From positions 320,001-384,000 of the forward strand of contig CAVYGB010000010.1 of assembly GCA_963767925.1 (NCBI GenBank): DNA of 64,000 nt, in the 5' to 3' direction. The stretch comes from an uncultured delta proteobacterium. Lineage in GTDB: Bacteria; Myxococcota_A; Polyangia; Fen-1088. The notes under the pieces were generated by a model. That model was not told the origin of the DNA. It searched no databases and saw only the letters and a list, made by a program, of their open reading frames with translations. Positions 8,336 to 17,207 of the stretch are shown here, piece after piece. A program made the translations under genes and the position numbers. Position 1 is the first letter of the stretch. The number at the start of each line of letters is the position of its first letter.

Positions 8336-10541
8336 CCGCCTGCTGCGCACGGTGGATGCGGCCTGGCTGGGAGCAACCAGCTACGGCCTGTTTGCCGCCG
8401 ACGGCGCGTCGGTGCGGCGCTGGGTTGTCGCGGGGACGCCGCAGGAGCGGGCCCGCTGGTGTGCCCTCTTCCGGCGGGGCATCTCGATCGCCGACCTGCT
8501 GCTCCTCGAGCCGCGCTGGCGGCGCCGGGACATGCGGGCCTTGCTGCGGAGCTGGCTGCACAGCGGCTGGCTCGACGGAGCCGTCCTTCCGGCCGAGCCG
8601 GCCGATGGGGGTGCGGGGTCCGCGCCGGCGGGGGAGCCGGCGCCGGCGCCGGGCGGGGTGATCACCTTCGGCGACGCGCCCGCGCTCCGCCTGCTGCTGC
8701 CGGGGACCAGCCACCGGCCGCGCCAGGGAGGATCCACCGCCTGGATGCGGTCCCTGCTCGCGGCGGCTGCCCCGCGGCTGGTGATCTACGACGCGCAGGC
8801 GATGCAGTGGTCGGGGCTCTCGGTGTTGCACCGGCAGGTGGTCGGGCGGGTCGACCTCCTCGCGCTGTTCCGGCTGGGCGGCTGCTTCGCCGCGGTCGCC
8901 CTCCCCGCCGGATCGGAGGCCTGCCTGGGCTGCGCCGAGCGCTGGCTGATCGGCTCGTCCCCCTTCCCCCGGGAGATCGGCGCCTGGCTGCAGGGGCTGA
9001 TCACCGAGGCCACCGGACAGGTCGAGCCGCTGCCGCTGCCCTGGGCGCGCGAGCTGGCCGACCTCGCCGCGGGCCTGGGGCACGGGCAAGCAGGGACCGC
9101 CAGCGTCACGGTGGCGACCAGCGGCGAGCCGCCGCAGCGGGCGCGCCTGCGGCAGCACCCCTCCTGCCCCGGCCGCCATCGCCCGCCCCCCCTGCCGGCG
9201 CGACCCGGGTCGGCGGCACCGGCGGCGGTAGCGCCGCTGCCGGCGGTGCCGCCGCGCGCGCCAGGCGAGGAGCGCACGTCGGGGGTGCTCGCGCGGTGTC
9301 TGTCCGAGCTGGCCGGGCCGGCCGGGCTGTTCCGCGGCCTGCAGGTGGAGGACGTCGGCGAGCCCGGCGGCCCGAGCTACTACTTCGCCCGGGCGGCGTT
9401 CAACACCGGCTTTCGCACCCACCACGGCGACCCGGTCCACTGCTTCGGCGACGGCGAGGACGCCGCGCTGGCCTCGCTCCGCTGCGCCGCCGAGTGCCTC
9501 GAGCGCTTCTGCACTTTCCACTTCGACAGCCGGTCCTGGCGCCGGGCCACCTGGGCGGAGCTCGGCGACCACGCCGTCGCCCCGCCGAGCCTGACGCTCT
9601 ACTCGGAGGCGCAATATCAGACGCAGGGCTTCCCCTTCCCCCGGTTCGATCCCCACCGCCCGGGCGACTGGCTGCGCGGGCACGCGCTGGCCAGCGGGCG
9701 CGAGGTGTGGGTGCCGGCCGAGCTGGTCTTCGTCGGCTACTCGGCGCCGGCCGCCCTGACCATCGAGACCTCGGCCGGCGCCGCCACCCAGCAGAGCTTC
9801 GAGGCCGCCGCCGCCGCCGGCCTGCTCGAGGTGCTCGAGCGCGACGCCCTGGCCGTCACCTTCCTCGCCGGGCACGCCCCGCCGCGCCTGTCCCTCCCCG
9901 CCGAAGGCGAGACGAGCGACCGGGTGCGGCTCATGCGCGACAGCGGCTACCAGGTCGTCGCGCTCGACCTGACCCTCGATCTGGAGATCTCCGTCGTCCT
10001 GGTGCTGGCGCTGCGGCCCGGCGGCCCGGGTCCGCTCCTCCTCAAGGGCGCCGGCTCGTCCTTCCGGCGCGAGCGCGCCCTGGCTCAGGCCATGCGGGAG
10101 CTGTGGCGCAGCTTCCTCTACTATCGCCGGCACCCCGAGGCGGCGACCGTCGCCCGCAGCGCCCACCCCTGGAGCCTCGAATATGGGCTGGCCTACTACC
10201 AGCGCCCGGAGGCCCTCGCGACCCTCCGCTTCCTCCTGCAGGGGCCAGAGGCCCCGGCGAGCGCGAGCACCGCCGAGCCCGACACGCTCCCGCGGCTGGT
10301 CGAAGCCTGCGCCCGGGCCCAGCTCGAGCCCATCGCCGTCGACTGCACCCTGCCGATGCTGCGCGAGGTCGGCCTGCACTGCGTGCGGGTGCTGGTGCCG
10401 GGCCTGCAACCGCTCAGCGTGGGCGAGGCGCCCTGGCGCCTGGGTGGACAGCGGGTGCTCGACCTGCCCCGGCGGCTCGGGTGGCGCGACAGGCCCTTGA
10501 CCGAGGGGGAGCTCCACCGCGCTCCGCACTTTTTCACATGA
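8319..10541 (+). CDS. YcaO-family protein with an N-terminal E1-like/ocin-ThiF-like region (fused TOMM C-D type cyclodehydratase-like); start uncertain
   Basis: ATP-binding motifs AECLER and ETSAGAA...GLLEVLERDA; EVWVPAELVF, VRVLVPGLQPL, C-terminal APHFFT; ACLGC CxxC in the N-terminal part. TTG 8319 follows GGAGGG. Confidence 0.88.
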   Translation: MRASCDRLLRTVDAAWLGATSYGLFAADGASVRRWVVAGTPQERARWCALFRRGISIADLLLLEPRWRRRDMRALLRSWLHSGWLDGAVLPAEPADGGAGSAPAGEPAPAPGGVITFGDAPALRLLLPGTSHRPRQGGSTAWMRSLLAAAAPRLVIYDAQAMQWSGLSVLHRQVVGRVDLLALFRLGGCFAAVALPAGSEACLGCAERWLIGSSPFPREIGAWLQGLITEATGQVEPLPLPWARELADLAAGLGHGQAGTASVTVATSGEPPQRARLRQHPSCPGRHRPPPLPARPGSAAPAAVAPLPAVPPRAPGEERTSGVLARCLSELAGPAGLFRGLQVEDVGEPGGPSYYFARAAFNTGFRTHHGDPVHCFGDGEDAALASLRCAAECLERFCTFHFDSRSWRRATWAELGDHAVAPPSLTLYSEAQYQTQGFPFPRFDPHRPGDWLRGHALASGREVWVPAELVFVGYSAPAALTIETSAGAATQQSFEAAAAAGLLEVLERDALAVTFLAGHAPPRLSLPAEGETSDRVRLMRDSGYQVVALDLTLDLEISVVLVLALRPGGPGPLLLKGAGSSFRRERALAQAMRELWRSFLYYRRHPEAATVARSAHPWSLEYGLAYYQRPEALATLRFLLQGPEAPASASTAEPDTLPRLVEACARAQLEPIAVDCTLPMLREVGLHCVRVLVPGLQPLSVGEAPWRLGGQRVLDLPRRLGWRDRPLTEGELHRAPHFFT

Positions 10542-11806
10542 GCGGCGCGGTCGACAGCCTCCTGCCCGGGTCGCCGGCGGTGCCGGGACCGGCGGCGCGG
10601 CCTGGCCCGACCGCCGGCGCGCTCGCCCCCCTGCCGGCGCGGGCCGCGGACCACGGGCGCGGGCTGCGGCTGCGGGCCTGGCGCGAGAAGTTCCACCGCC
10701 TCCCGGGCCGGTCGGGGCAGGAGGCCGAGACCGAGGCGGCCATCCTCGGCGAGCTGGCCGGGCTCGGGCTTCCCTTTCACCTCGAGGGCCGGCGCCCGGG
10801 GCTGGTGGTCACCCTCGCCGGGAGCGACGGCCCGACCCTCACCGTGAGGGCGCCCATCGACGCCCTCCCCGTCCAGGAGGAGACCGGACTGGCCTGCGCC
10901 TCCACGGTCCCCGGCGTGATGCACGCCTGTGGCCACGACGCCAACATCGCCGTTCAGCTCGAGCTGGCCCGGGCCTTCGCCGCCGACCCGCCCGCCCGGG
11001 GCCACCTGCGGCTCCTGTTCCAGCCCGAGGAGGAGACCCTCACCGGTGCCCGCCACATGCTCGACAGCGGCACCCTGGCGCTGGGTCCCCAGGACGCCCT
11101 GTGCAGCTTTCACCTCAGCCCATCGCTGCCGCTCGGGCGGGTGGGGCTGGCCGAGCCGGTCGCCCTGGCGTCGGTGGACGACTTCACCCTCGAGCTGACC
11201 GGGGGGGGCGGCCACGCCGGCTCGCCCCAGGCGGCGTCCGACCCGATCCTCGCGGCCAGCGAGCTGATCGGCCGCCTGCCCGGGCTGATCCGCCGCCGCC
11301 TCGATCCCCGCGACGTCGTCACCTGGACCATCGGCCGGCTCGAGGCGGGCACCGTCCGCAACGTTGTGGCGCCGCGCGCCCGGCTGGAGGGCACCCTCCG
11401 CTACTTCGAGGAGGCCGCCGCCGCCGCGGTCCGGGCGGCGCTGATCGGCGAGCTGCAGGCGGTGGCCGTGGCCCACGGCCTGGGGGCCGCTCACCAGTTC
11501 CGGACGGTGGTCCCCTCGCTGCGCAACGATCCGGCGCTGGGCGGCCTCTTCCTCGAGACCGCCGCGGCCCGCCTGGGGGCCGCGCAGGTCGATCGCCTGC
11601 GGCCCTCGCTGGCCGCCGACGACGCCGCGTACCTGCACGACCGGGCGCCCGGCGTCTACTGGCTGGTCGGCTGCGCCGCTCCGGAGGGCCCCACCCCACC
11701 ACTGCACAGCAGCCGCTTCGACTTTCCCGAGCCGACGCTGGAGATCGCCTTCGAGCTGCTGCGCGACTTCACCGACCGCTTCTTTGCAAGGAGAGCCCAC
11801 CCATGA
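10538..11806 (+). CDS. M20D-family amidohydrolase/peptidase
   Basis: DALPVQE, MHACGHD, LFQPEEE, GGGGHAGSP, LHSSRFDF. ATGA overlaps at both ends. Confidence 0.88.
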   Translation: MSGAVDSLLPGSPAVPGPAARPGPTAGALAPLPARAADHGRGLRLRAWREKFHRLPGRSGQEAETEAAILGELAGLGLPFHLEGRRPGLVVTLAGSDGPTLTVRAPIDALPVQEETGLACASTVPGVMHACGHDANIAVQLELARAFAADPPARGHLRLLFQPEEETLTGARHMLDSGTLALGPQDALCSFHLSPSLPLGRVGLAEPVALASVDDFTLELTGGGGHAGSPQAASDPILAASELIGRLPGLIRRRLDPRDVVTWTIGRLEAGTVRNVVAPRARLEGTLRYFEEAAAAAVRAALIGELQAVAVAHGLGAAHQFRTVVPSLRNDPALGGLFLETAAARLGAAQVDRLRPSLAADDAAYLHDRAPGVYWLVGCAAPEGPTPPLHSSRFDFPEPTLEIAFELLRDFTDRFFARRAHP

Positions 11807-12690
11807 CCCGCATTCTCGATGGCTGCTTCGTTGCCCTCGCCACCCCGTTCCGGGGCGGCGCCTTCGACGCCGACACCTACCGCCTCCACTGCGAGGCGGT
11901 CCTCGCCGGCGGGGTCGACGGCCTGGTCCCCTGCGGCACCACCGGAGAGGCCCCCACCTTGACCCGGGAGGAGTGGGCCGAGAACGTCCGCATCGCCGTG
12001 CGCGCCGCCGCCGGCAAGCCGGTCATCGCCGGCGCCGGGGCCTACGCCACCGCCGAGGCCATCGAGCTGGTGACCGTCGCCCGGGAGCTCGGCGCGCAGG
12101 CCGCCCTGGTTGTCACGCCCTACTACAACCGGCCCTCCCAGGACGGGCTGGTCGCTCACTTCGCCGCCATCGCCCGGGCCGTGCCCGGCTTTCCCCTGGT
12201 CGCCTACAACGTGCCCTTCCGGACGGGGATCGATCTGCTGGCCGCCAGCTACCCGAAGCTGGCCGAGGTCCGCGAGGTGGTGGCGGTCAAGGAGGCCACC
12301 AGCAACATGGCCCGGGTCACCGAGATCCGACAGCTCGTCGGCGAGCGGTTCGCGCTGCTGGCGGGCGACGACCTCACCATGTTGCCTTTCCTGGCGGCGG
12401 GGGGCCAGGGGGTCATCAGCGTCTCGGCCAACCTGGCGCCCCGGAAGGTGAGCGCCCTCATCCAGGCCGCGCGCGCCGGCGACTACCGCGCCGCCGGCGC
12501 CCTCAACGACGAGCTGGCGCCCCTGCACCTGGCCCTCGCCGAGGGCAACCCGGTGCCGGTCAAGGCGGCGCTGCACCTGCTGGGCCGCTTCGCCGACGAG
12601 CTGCGCCTGCCCCTGCTGCCGGCCGGCCCCGCGACCCGCGACCGCCTGGCCCGGGCCCTGGCCCGGCTGAACCTGACCCCGAAACAGTGA
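11803..12690 (+). CDS. dapA: 4-hydroxy-tetrahydrodipicolinate synthase (DHDPS) homologue embedded in the RiPP operon
   Basis: ALATPF, GTTGE, VTPYYNRP, YNVPFRT, Schiff-base Lys in AVKEA, GVISVSAN, NPVPVK, LRLPL. Confidence 0.88.
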   Translation: MTRILDGCFVALATPFRGGAFDADTYRLHCEAVLAGGVDGLVPCGTTGEAPTLTREEWAENVRIAVRAAAGKPVIAGAGAYATAEAIELVTVARELGAQAALVVTPYYNRPSQDGLVAHFAAIARAVPGFPLVAYNVPFRTGIDLLAASYPKLAEVREVVAVKEATSNMARVTEIRQLVGERFALLAGDDLTMLPFLAAGGQGVISVSANLAPRKVSALIQAARAGDYRAAGALNDELAPLHLALAEGNPVPVKAALHLLGRFADELRLPLLPAGPATRDRLARALARLNLTPKQ

Positions 12691-12703
12691 GGAGGACCGG
12701 AAG

Positions 12704-14155
12704 ATGCGCACCTGGCATGGGCTCCCCGAGAGCGACGACCGCTTCGTGACCGACTACTTGCGGGTCACCGACGCCTTCTACGAAGGGCGGATGACCGACG
12801 CCGACTGGCGGGCCTGGTACGACCAGCGGCTCGCGGTGGTGCTTCGCCACGTCACCGCCCGTTCGGCCTTCTACCAGCGGCACTTCGCCGGGATCGACGT
12901 CGGCTCGATCGACCTGACCTCGCTGGCCCGCCTCCCCTTCACCACCAAGGACGACCTGCAGGCGGCCCGCTACGACATCCTGAGCGGCAGCATCCGCGAC
13001 GCCCAGTTCTTCTACGCCACCACCGGCACCACCGGGCCCTCCACCCCCTGCCCCCGCGACAAGAAGGACCTGTTCACAACGAACCATCAGATCGCCATGG
13101 GCATGCGGCGGATCCTGGAGGCCCACCTCCCCGGGCAAAAGCCCCTGCTGGCGGTGATGGCCCCCAACGAGCTGCACTCCATCTGCAACACCTTCGCCTC
13201 GGTCGCCTTCGAGCTGGGCATCTGCAAGCTCGATCCTTACCCCGCCTCCCTGGTGATCGGCTTCGAGAAGTGCGTGAAGCTGCTGCAGGAGCTGCAGGTC
13301 GAGATCGTGCTGGGCACGCCCGGGCTGGCCCTCATCCTGGCCCAGATCTGCGAGATGTACGGCCTCGATCCCAGACGCGACCTGGCCCTCAAGCTGTTCT
13401 TCTCCACCGGCGAGATCTGCACCCCCGCCATGGAGCGCAACATCGAGCGCATCTACGGCTGCAAGGTCTACAACTTCATCTACGCCTCGCAGGAGTCGGC
13501 CACCATGGCCCTGGCCTCGCCGGCCAACACCTATTACCCCACCCTGCCGAACTACATCTTCGAGGTCGTCGACCCGGACGGCAGCGCGTCTTACGGGCTC
13601 ACCGGGACCGGCGAGCTGTGCGTGACGATGCTGGTCGACGGGATCAAGCCCCTCATCCGTTACCGCACCGGCGACCTCGTCACAATCCGGGAGGAGGCCG
13701 GGGCGACCGGCCCCTACCGCCACAGCCTGCAGGTGCTCGGCCGGCGCAAGGACACCGTCGCCCTCGGCGGCCGCCCGGTGGCCGCCCGCGAGCTCGAGCA
13801 GCTCATCATGGAGGAGGTGCACTCCTGCCTCGGCTACCAGATCGTGATCGCCAGCGCGGGCGGGGCCGACACCCTGGAGGTCAAGCTGCAGGTCCAGCAC
13901 GGGGCCGACGTCTACAAGGACGAGGTGCGGGCGCGCCTGGCGGCCAAGCTGGCCCAGCGGCTGGGGGTGGCGAGCACCGTCAGCTTCGTCCTGCAGCTCG
14001 ACGACATCGTGAACACGGGCGGCTGGATCAGCTGGAAGGCGGCCCGGGTTGTCGACCGGCGCCAGGACAGCGACAAGCGCACCGCCGAGGCGATGGCCCT
14101 GGAAAAACACATGGCGCGCCACCTGGCCAGCGGCGCCGATCCGCTGGTCCTTTGA
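12704..14155 (+). CDS. Phenylacetate-CoA ligase (PaaK)-like adenylate-forming enzyme
   Basis: LPFTTKDDL, P-loop TTGTTG, YASQE, GELCVT, PLIRYRTGD, VLGR. RBS GAGGAGG. Confidence 0.85.
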   Translation: MRTWHGLPESDDRFVTDYLRVTDAFYEGRMTDADWRAWYDQRLAVVLRHVTARSAFYQRHFAGIDVGSIDLTSLARLPFTTKDDLQAARYDILSGSIRDAQFFYATTGTTGPSTPCPRDKKDLFTTNHQIAMGMRRILEAHLPGQKPLLAVMAPNELHSICNTFASVAFELGICKLDPYPASLVIGFEKCVKLLQELQVEIVLGTPGLALILAQICEMYGLDPRRDLALKLFFSTGEICTPAMERNIERIYGCKVYNFIYASQESATMALASPANTYYPTLPNYIFEVVDPDGSASYGLTGTGELCVTMLVDGIKPLIRYRTGDLVTIREEAGATGPYRHSLQVLGRRKDTVALGGRPVAARELEQLIMEEVHSCLGYQIVIASAGGADTLEVKLQVQHGADVYKDEVRARLAAKLAQRLGVASTVSFVLQLDDIVNTGGWISWKAARVVDRRQDSDKRTAEAMALEKHMARHLASGADPLVL

Positions 14156-14181
14156 GACGACGAAAAACGGGAGGGGAGCAC

Positions 14182-15387
14182 ATGAAGACATTTGCGGTCA
14201 CCGGGGCGACGGGCCTGCTGGGTAGCAACCTCGTTCTGCACATCCTCAAGGAGCACCTCGACGCGCTCGACGGGATCCGGATCTTCGTCATCGGGCGGGG
14301 CGGGTCGCTCGAGGTCCACCAGCGGGTCGCGGCCCAGATCCGCAAGACCGGCTGGCCGGCGCTGATGGCCGCGCGCGACGAGGCGCTGCTCGACCGGGCT
14401 TGCGCGGTGCTGGCCCCCATCGAGCTCGACGTCACCGACGACCGGGCCGCGCTGAGCCCGACCGCCGCCGCCGCCATCGGCCCCGGCGGCGTCGACGAGC
14501 TTTACCACATCGCCGCCCTCACCGACTTTCGCCGCCAGAGCCACGTGGAAGAGCGGCTGCGCCAGACCAACGTGGGGGGGACCCGAAACGTGCTCCGCCT
14601 GGTCGACGCGATCCCGGGCGGGGTCCGGAAGCTGGCCTTCGTGGGCTCGGCCTACGCCTGCGGCAAGACGGTCGGCTCGATCGCCCCCGACTACACGAAC
14701 ATCGAGCAGGAGTTCCGCAACCCCTACGAGCGGAGCAAGCTGGAGTCCGAGGTCCTGGCCCGGCGCTCTTGCCAGGAGCGGTCGATCCCCTGCAAGGTGT
14801 TCCGTCCGTCCACCATCGGCGGTCGCCTGCTGGCCCCCCCGATCGGCCACGTCACCAAGTGCGACGTGTACCTCGGCTGGCTGTATTTCTTCCTCCGCCT
14901 GAAATCGAAGATCCTCAACACCAGCAACTGGGCGGAGATCTGCGCCACCCCGGTCGAGATCCCCATCCGGATCCAGGCCAACCTCGAGGTGGGTCTCAAC
15001 ATCGTGGGCGCCGACGTCGCCGCCGCCGCCATGTACTCGGCCATGCAAGAGGACGACGTCTCCCGCAGCTACCACCTCGTCAGCGAGCGGGACCTCCCGG
15101 TCGGCCCGATGCTCGATCACATGTTGACCGCGGCCGGGGTCACCGGCTGGTCTATCGTCCGCCAGCGCCCCCAGTCCGAGATCAACCGCTTCGAGCGCAT
15201 CTACTACGCCAGCGTGGGCGACATCTACACCCCCTACGTCATCCACGAGCGCAACATGGACTTCGAGCACAGCGCCACGATCCGCGCCTGGAACGGCCAC
15301 GGCCCCCTCGTCTCGGTCGACACCGTCGGCACCTTCGCGAAGCTGGTCCGGTACGCCTTCGACAAGAAGTTCGACATGGCCGACTGA
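14182..15387 (+). CDS. Extended SDR, thioester/acyl-CoA reductase-like (NAD_binding_4 type)
   Basis: VTGATGLLG, HIAALTDF, TNVGGT, NPYERSK (YxxxK), FRPSTIGG. RBS GGAGG. Confidence 0.82.
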   Translation: MKTFAVTGATGLLGSNLVLHILKEHLDALDGIRIFVIGRGGSLEVHQRVAAQIRKTGWPALMAARDEALLDRACAVLAPIELDVTDDRAALSPTAAAAIGPGGVDELYHIAALTDFRRQSHVEERLRQTNVGGTRNVLRLVDAIPGGVRKLAFVGSAYACGKTVGSIAPDYTNIEQEFRNPYERSKLESEVLARRSCQERSIPCKVFRPSTIGGRLLAPPIGHVTKCDVYLGWLYFFLRLKSKILNTSNWAEICATPVEIPIRIQANLEVGLNIVGADVAAAAMYSAMQEDDVSRSYHLVSERDLPVGPMLDHMLTAAGVTGWSIVRQRPQSEINRFERIYYASVGDIYTPYVIHERNMDFEHSATIRAWNGHGPLVSVDTVGTFAKLVRYAFDKKFDMAD

Positions 15388-15399
15388 TCCGCGGTCCCC

Positions 15400-15753
15400 T
15401 CAACCGCCGAGGAACGGCGCGAAGCCCCCGAAGAACATCCGCTTGCCGTCGAAGGGGAAGGTCGAGGGGTCCATCTTCATGCGGGGATCGGCCATCACCT
15501 TGGCCATGACCTCGTCGCGGTGGGCCCGCGAGTTGTAGAGGATCCAGGAGACGAAGACGGTCTCGCCCGGTTCGAGCTTCACGGCCTGGGGGAAGGAGGT
15601 CACCGCACCCGGCTTCACGTCGTCGGCGATCCACTCCCGGTATTCGAGGGCGCCATGTTCGCGCCAGACCGTCTCCGAGAGCTTGGCCAGCTCCCGGTAC
15701 TTCTCGATGTTCTTGCTGGGGACCGGCACCACGAGACAATCCGCGTACGCCAT
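15400..15753 (-). CDS. DUF1428 (YbaA-like) protein
   Basis: WREHGALEYRE, TSFPQAVK, SRAHRD, PFDGKRMFFGGF. Confidence 0.85.
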   Translation of the reverse strand: MAYADCLVVPVPSKNIEKYRELAKLSETVWREHGALEYREWIADDVKPGAVTSFPQAVKLEPGETVFVSWILYNSRAHRDEVMAKVMADPRMKMDPSTFPFDGKRMFFGGFAPFLGG

Positions 15754-15881
15754 CGAGCACCTCGTTTCCTGAAATGTTCGCCGCAAAGGTGGGTCGCCCA
15801 TCGCGTCGGTCAAGGGCGAGGCCTTCCTCCGGGATTTTCTCGGGGGGTGACGAGAAGGCCGCCTCGAGCGGAGGGCCCGGT

Positions 15882-16175
15882 TCACCCCCCGGCGGGGGCG
15901 GGGGCGAGGGCGCGGGCGATGCGGTCGCGGGTCTCGAGGAGGGCGGCGTCGGCGTTTCCGAAGACCTTCACGGCGATGGCGGCCTTCCGGGCCAGGGTGA
16001 CCATCCCGGCGGGCGTGCGCAGGCGGACCTCGACCCAGCCCGGCGGCACCGGGGCGCCCGGGAGGGTGAGCTGCCCGTCCACCATGACCACCGGGTAGAC
16101 GTGGCCCGCGGCGGCCAGCGCGCTGAGCGCTTCGGCCAGGGGCCGTGGGTTGTCGACGACGGTCTCGAGGCCCAT
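15882..16175 (-). CDS. Hypothetical protein (97 aa)
   Basis: MGLETVVDNPRPL...WVEVRLRTPAGMVTL...FGNAD; starts 5 bp after the VOC gene stop; GC-rich codon pattern. Confidence 0.6.
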   Translation of the reverse strand: MGLETVVDNPRPLAEALSALAAAGHVYPVVMVDGQLTLPGAPVPPGWVEVRLRTPAGMVTLARKAAIAVKVFGNADAALLETRDRIARALAPAPAGG

Positions 16176-16180
16176 GGCGG

Positions 16181-16645
16181 TCAGTGCTCGGTGCTGGTGG
16201 CGAAGCGCAGGACGTGCCCGTCGAGATCCGACACGTGCATCTCGCGCAGCCCCCAGGGCATGTTCCGCGGCGGCATCAGGATGCGGGCCTTGTTGCGGGC
16301 GAACTGGCGGTGCAGGTCGTCCACGTCCTCGGCGAACAGCATCACCCAGGCGCCCGGCTGTCCCTGACACTGCTGGCACATGAACAGGACGCCGTGCCCG
16401 CGGCTGACCGAGCCGAAGTCCGGCGGCTCGCCGTGTTCCCAGTCGACCTTGAAGCCGAGGACGTCCCGGTAATAACGCTGGCTCGCCTTCAGGTCGCGCA
16501 CGTTGAGGATCGGTCGCGCGCAGGACAGCTCGTCGGGATCGTGCGCGCAGGCCCGCGCCGCCTCCATCAGGGGCGACCGCCCTCCCCCCTTGCACCCCAG
16601 CACCCCCAGAACCAGGAACGCGACCGCGGCGATCTTGCTGCCCAT
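16181..16645 (-). CDS. VOC/glyoxalase (bleomycin-resistance-like) protein with lipoprotein signal
   Basis: PILNVRDL...YYRDVLGF, PWGLREMHVSDLDGHVLRF; LGVLGC lipobox. Confidence 0.8.
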   Translation of the reverse strand: MGSKIAAVAFLVLGVLGCKGGGRSPLMEAARACAHDPDELSCARPILNVRDLKASQRYYRDVLGFKVDWEHGEPPDFGSVSRGHGVLFMCQQCQGQPGAWVMLFAEDVDDLHRQFARNKARILMPPRNMPWGLREMHVSDLDGHVLRFATSTEH

Positions 16646-16698
16646 CGGCGGACGATACCACCGGTCCAGCCCCGGGGTGGCGGGGGCGGCGGGGAGAC

Positions 16699-17040
16699 CG
16701 CCACGACCACGACGCCCGCAGCGTCGGGGCCCAGATGTTCGCGGACTGGGCCCAGGCCCGCGCGGGGCGGGACGTCGGCGTGGTGCGGGCGGGCCTGGCG
16801 CGGGCGCGCGAGCAGGTCCCGGGCGTCGCTGCGGCTCCCGCGCTCGGCGGGACGGTGTTCGTCCGCTACGAGCCCGCCCGGCGCCCGGTGCTGCTGGCGC
16901 TGTCCACGCCGCTGCTCGAGGCGGGCGGGCGGCCCCTGGTCCGCGACGTCGAGGTGGCCTTGCGCCGGCAGGATCGGGTCTGGCTCGCCGGCGACCAGGT
17001 CACCGGAAAGAGCACCCTCGGCAGCGCGCTGGTAGCGCCA
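16699..17040 (+). pseudogene. Remnant of an ABC-F type ATPase (linker plus start of second ATPase domain)
   Basis: AGGRPLVRDVEVALRRQDRVWLAGDQVTGKSTL resembles a degenerate Walker A region; no rest of the domain and no proper N-terminus. Confidence 0.55.
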
Positions 17041-17207
17041 GCACCTTGCCCGAGGACAAGCTGCTGTGGGTGGTCGGAGTGCGCTGACACGAAAAAGGGC
17101 GTTGCGCTCCCCCCGACCAGGCCGGGGCTCCACAATACCCGCGATTTCGAGGCTCCCCCTGGTCGGCGGCTCTGGCCAACGTAGCGAACCGGTACCACCT
17201 ACGGGAT

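Noticed and set aside
8459..10537. 1115-aa ORF suggesting a long N-terminal extension on the M20 hydrolase
   Set aside because: The extension is an alternate frame of the YcaO gene (Arg/Pro/Ala-rich shadow); the real start is the coupled ATG at 10538.
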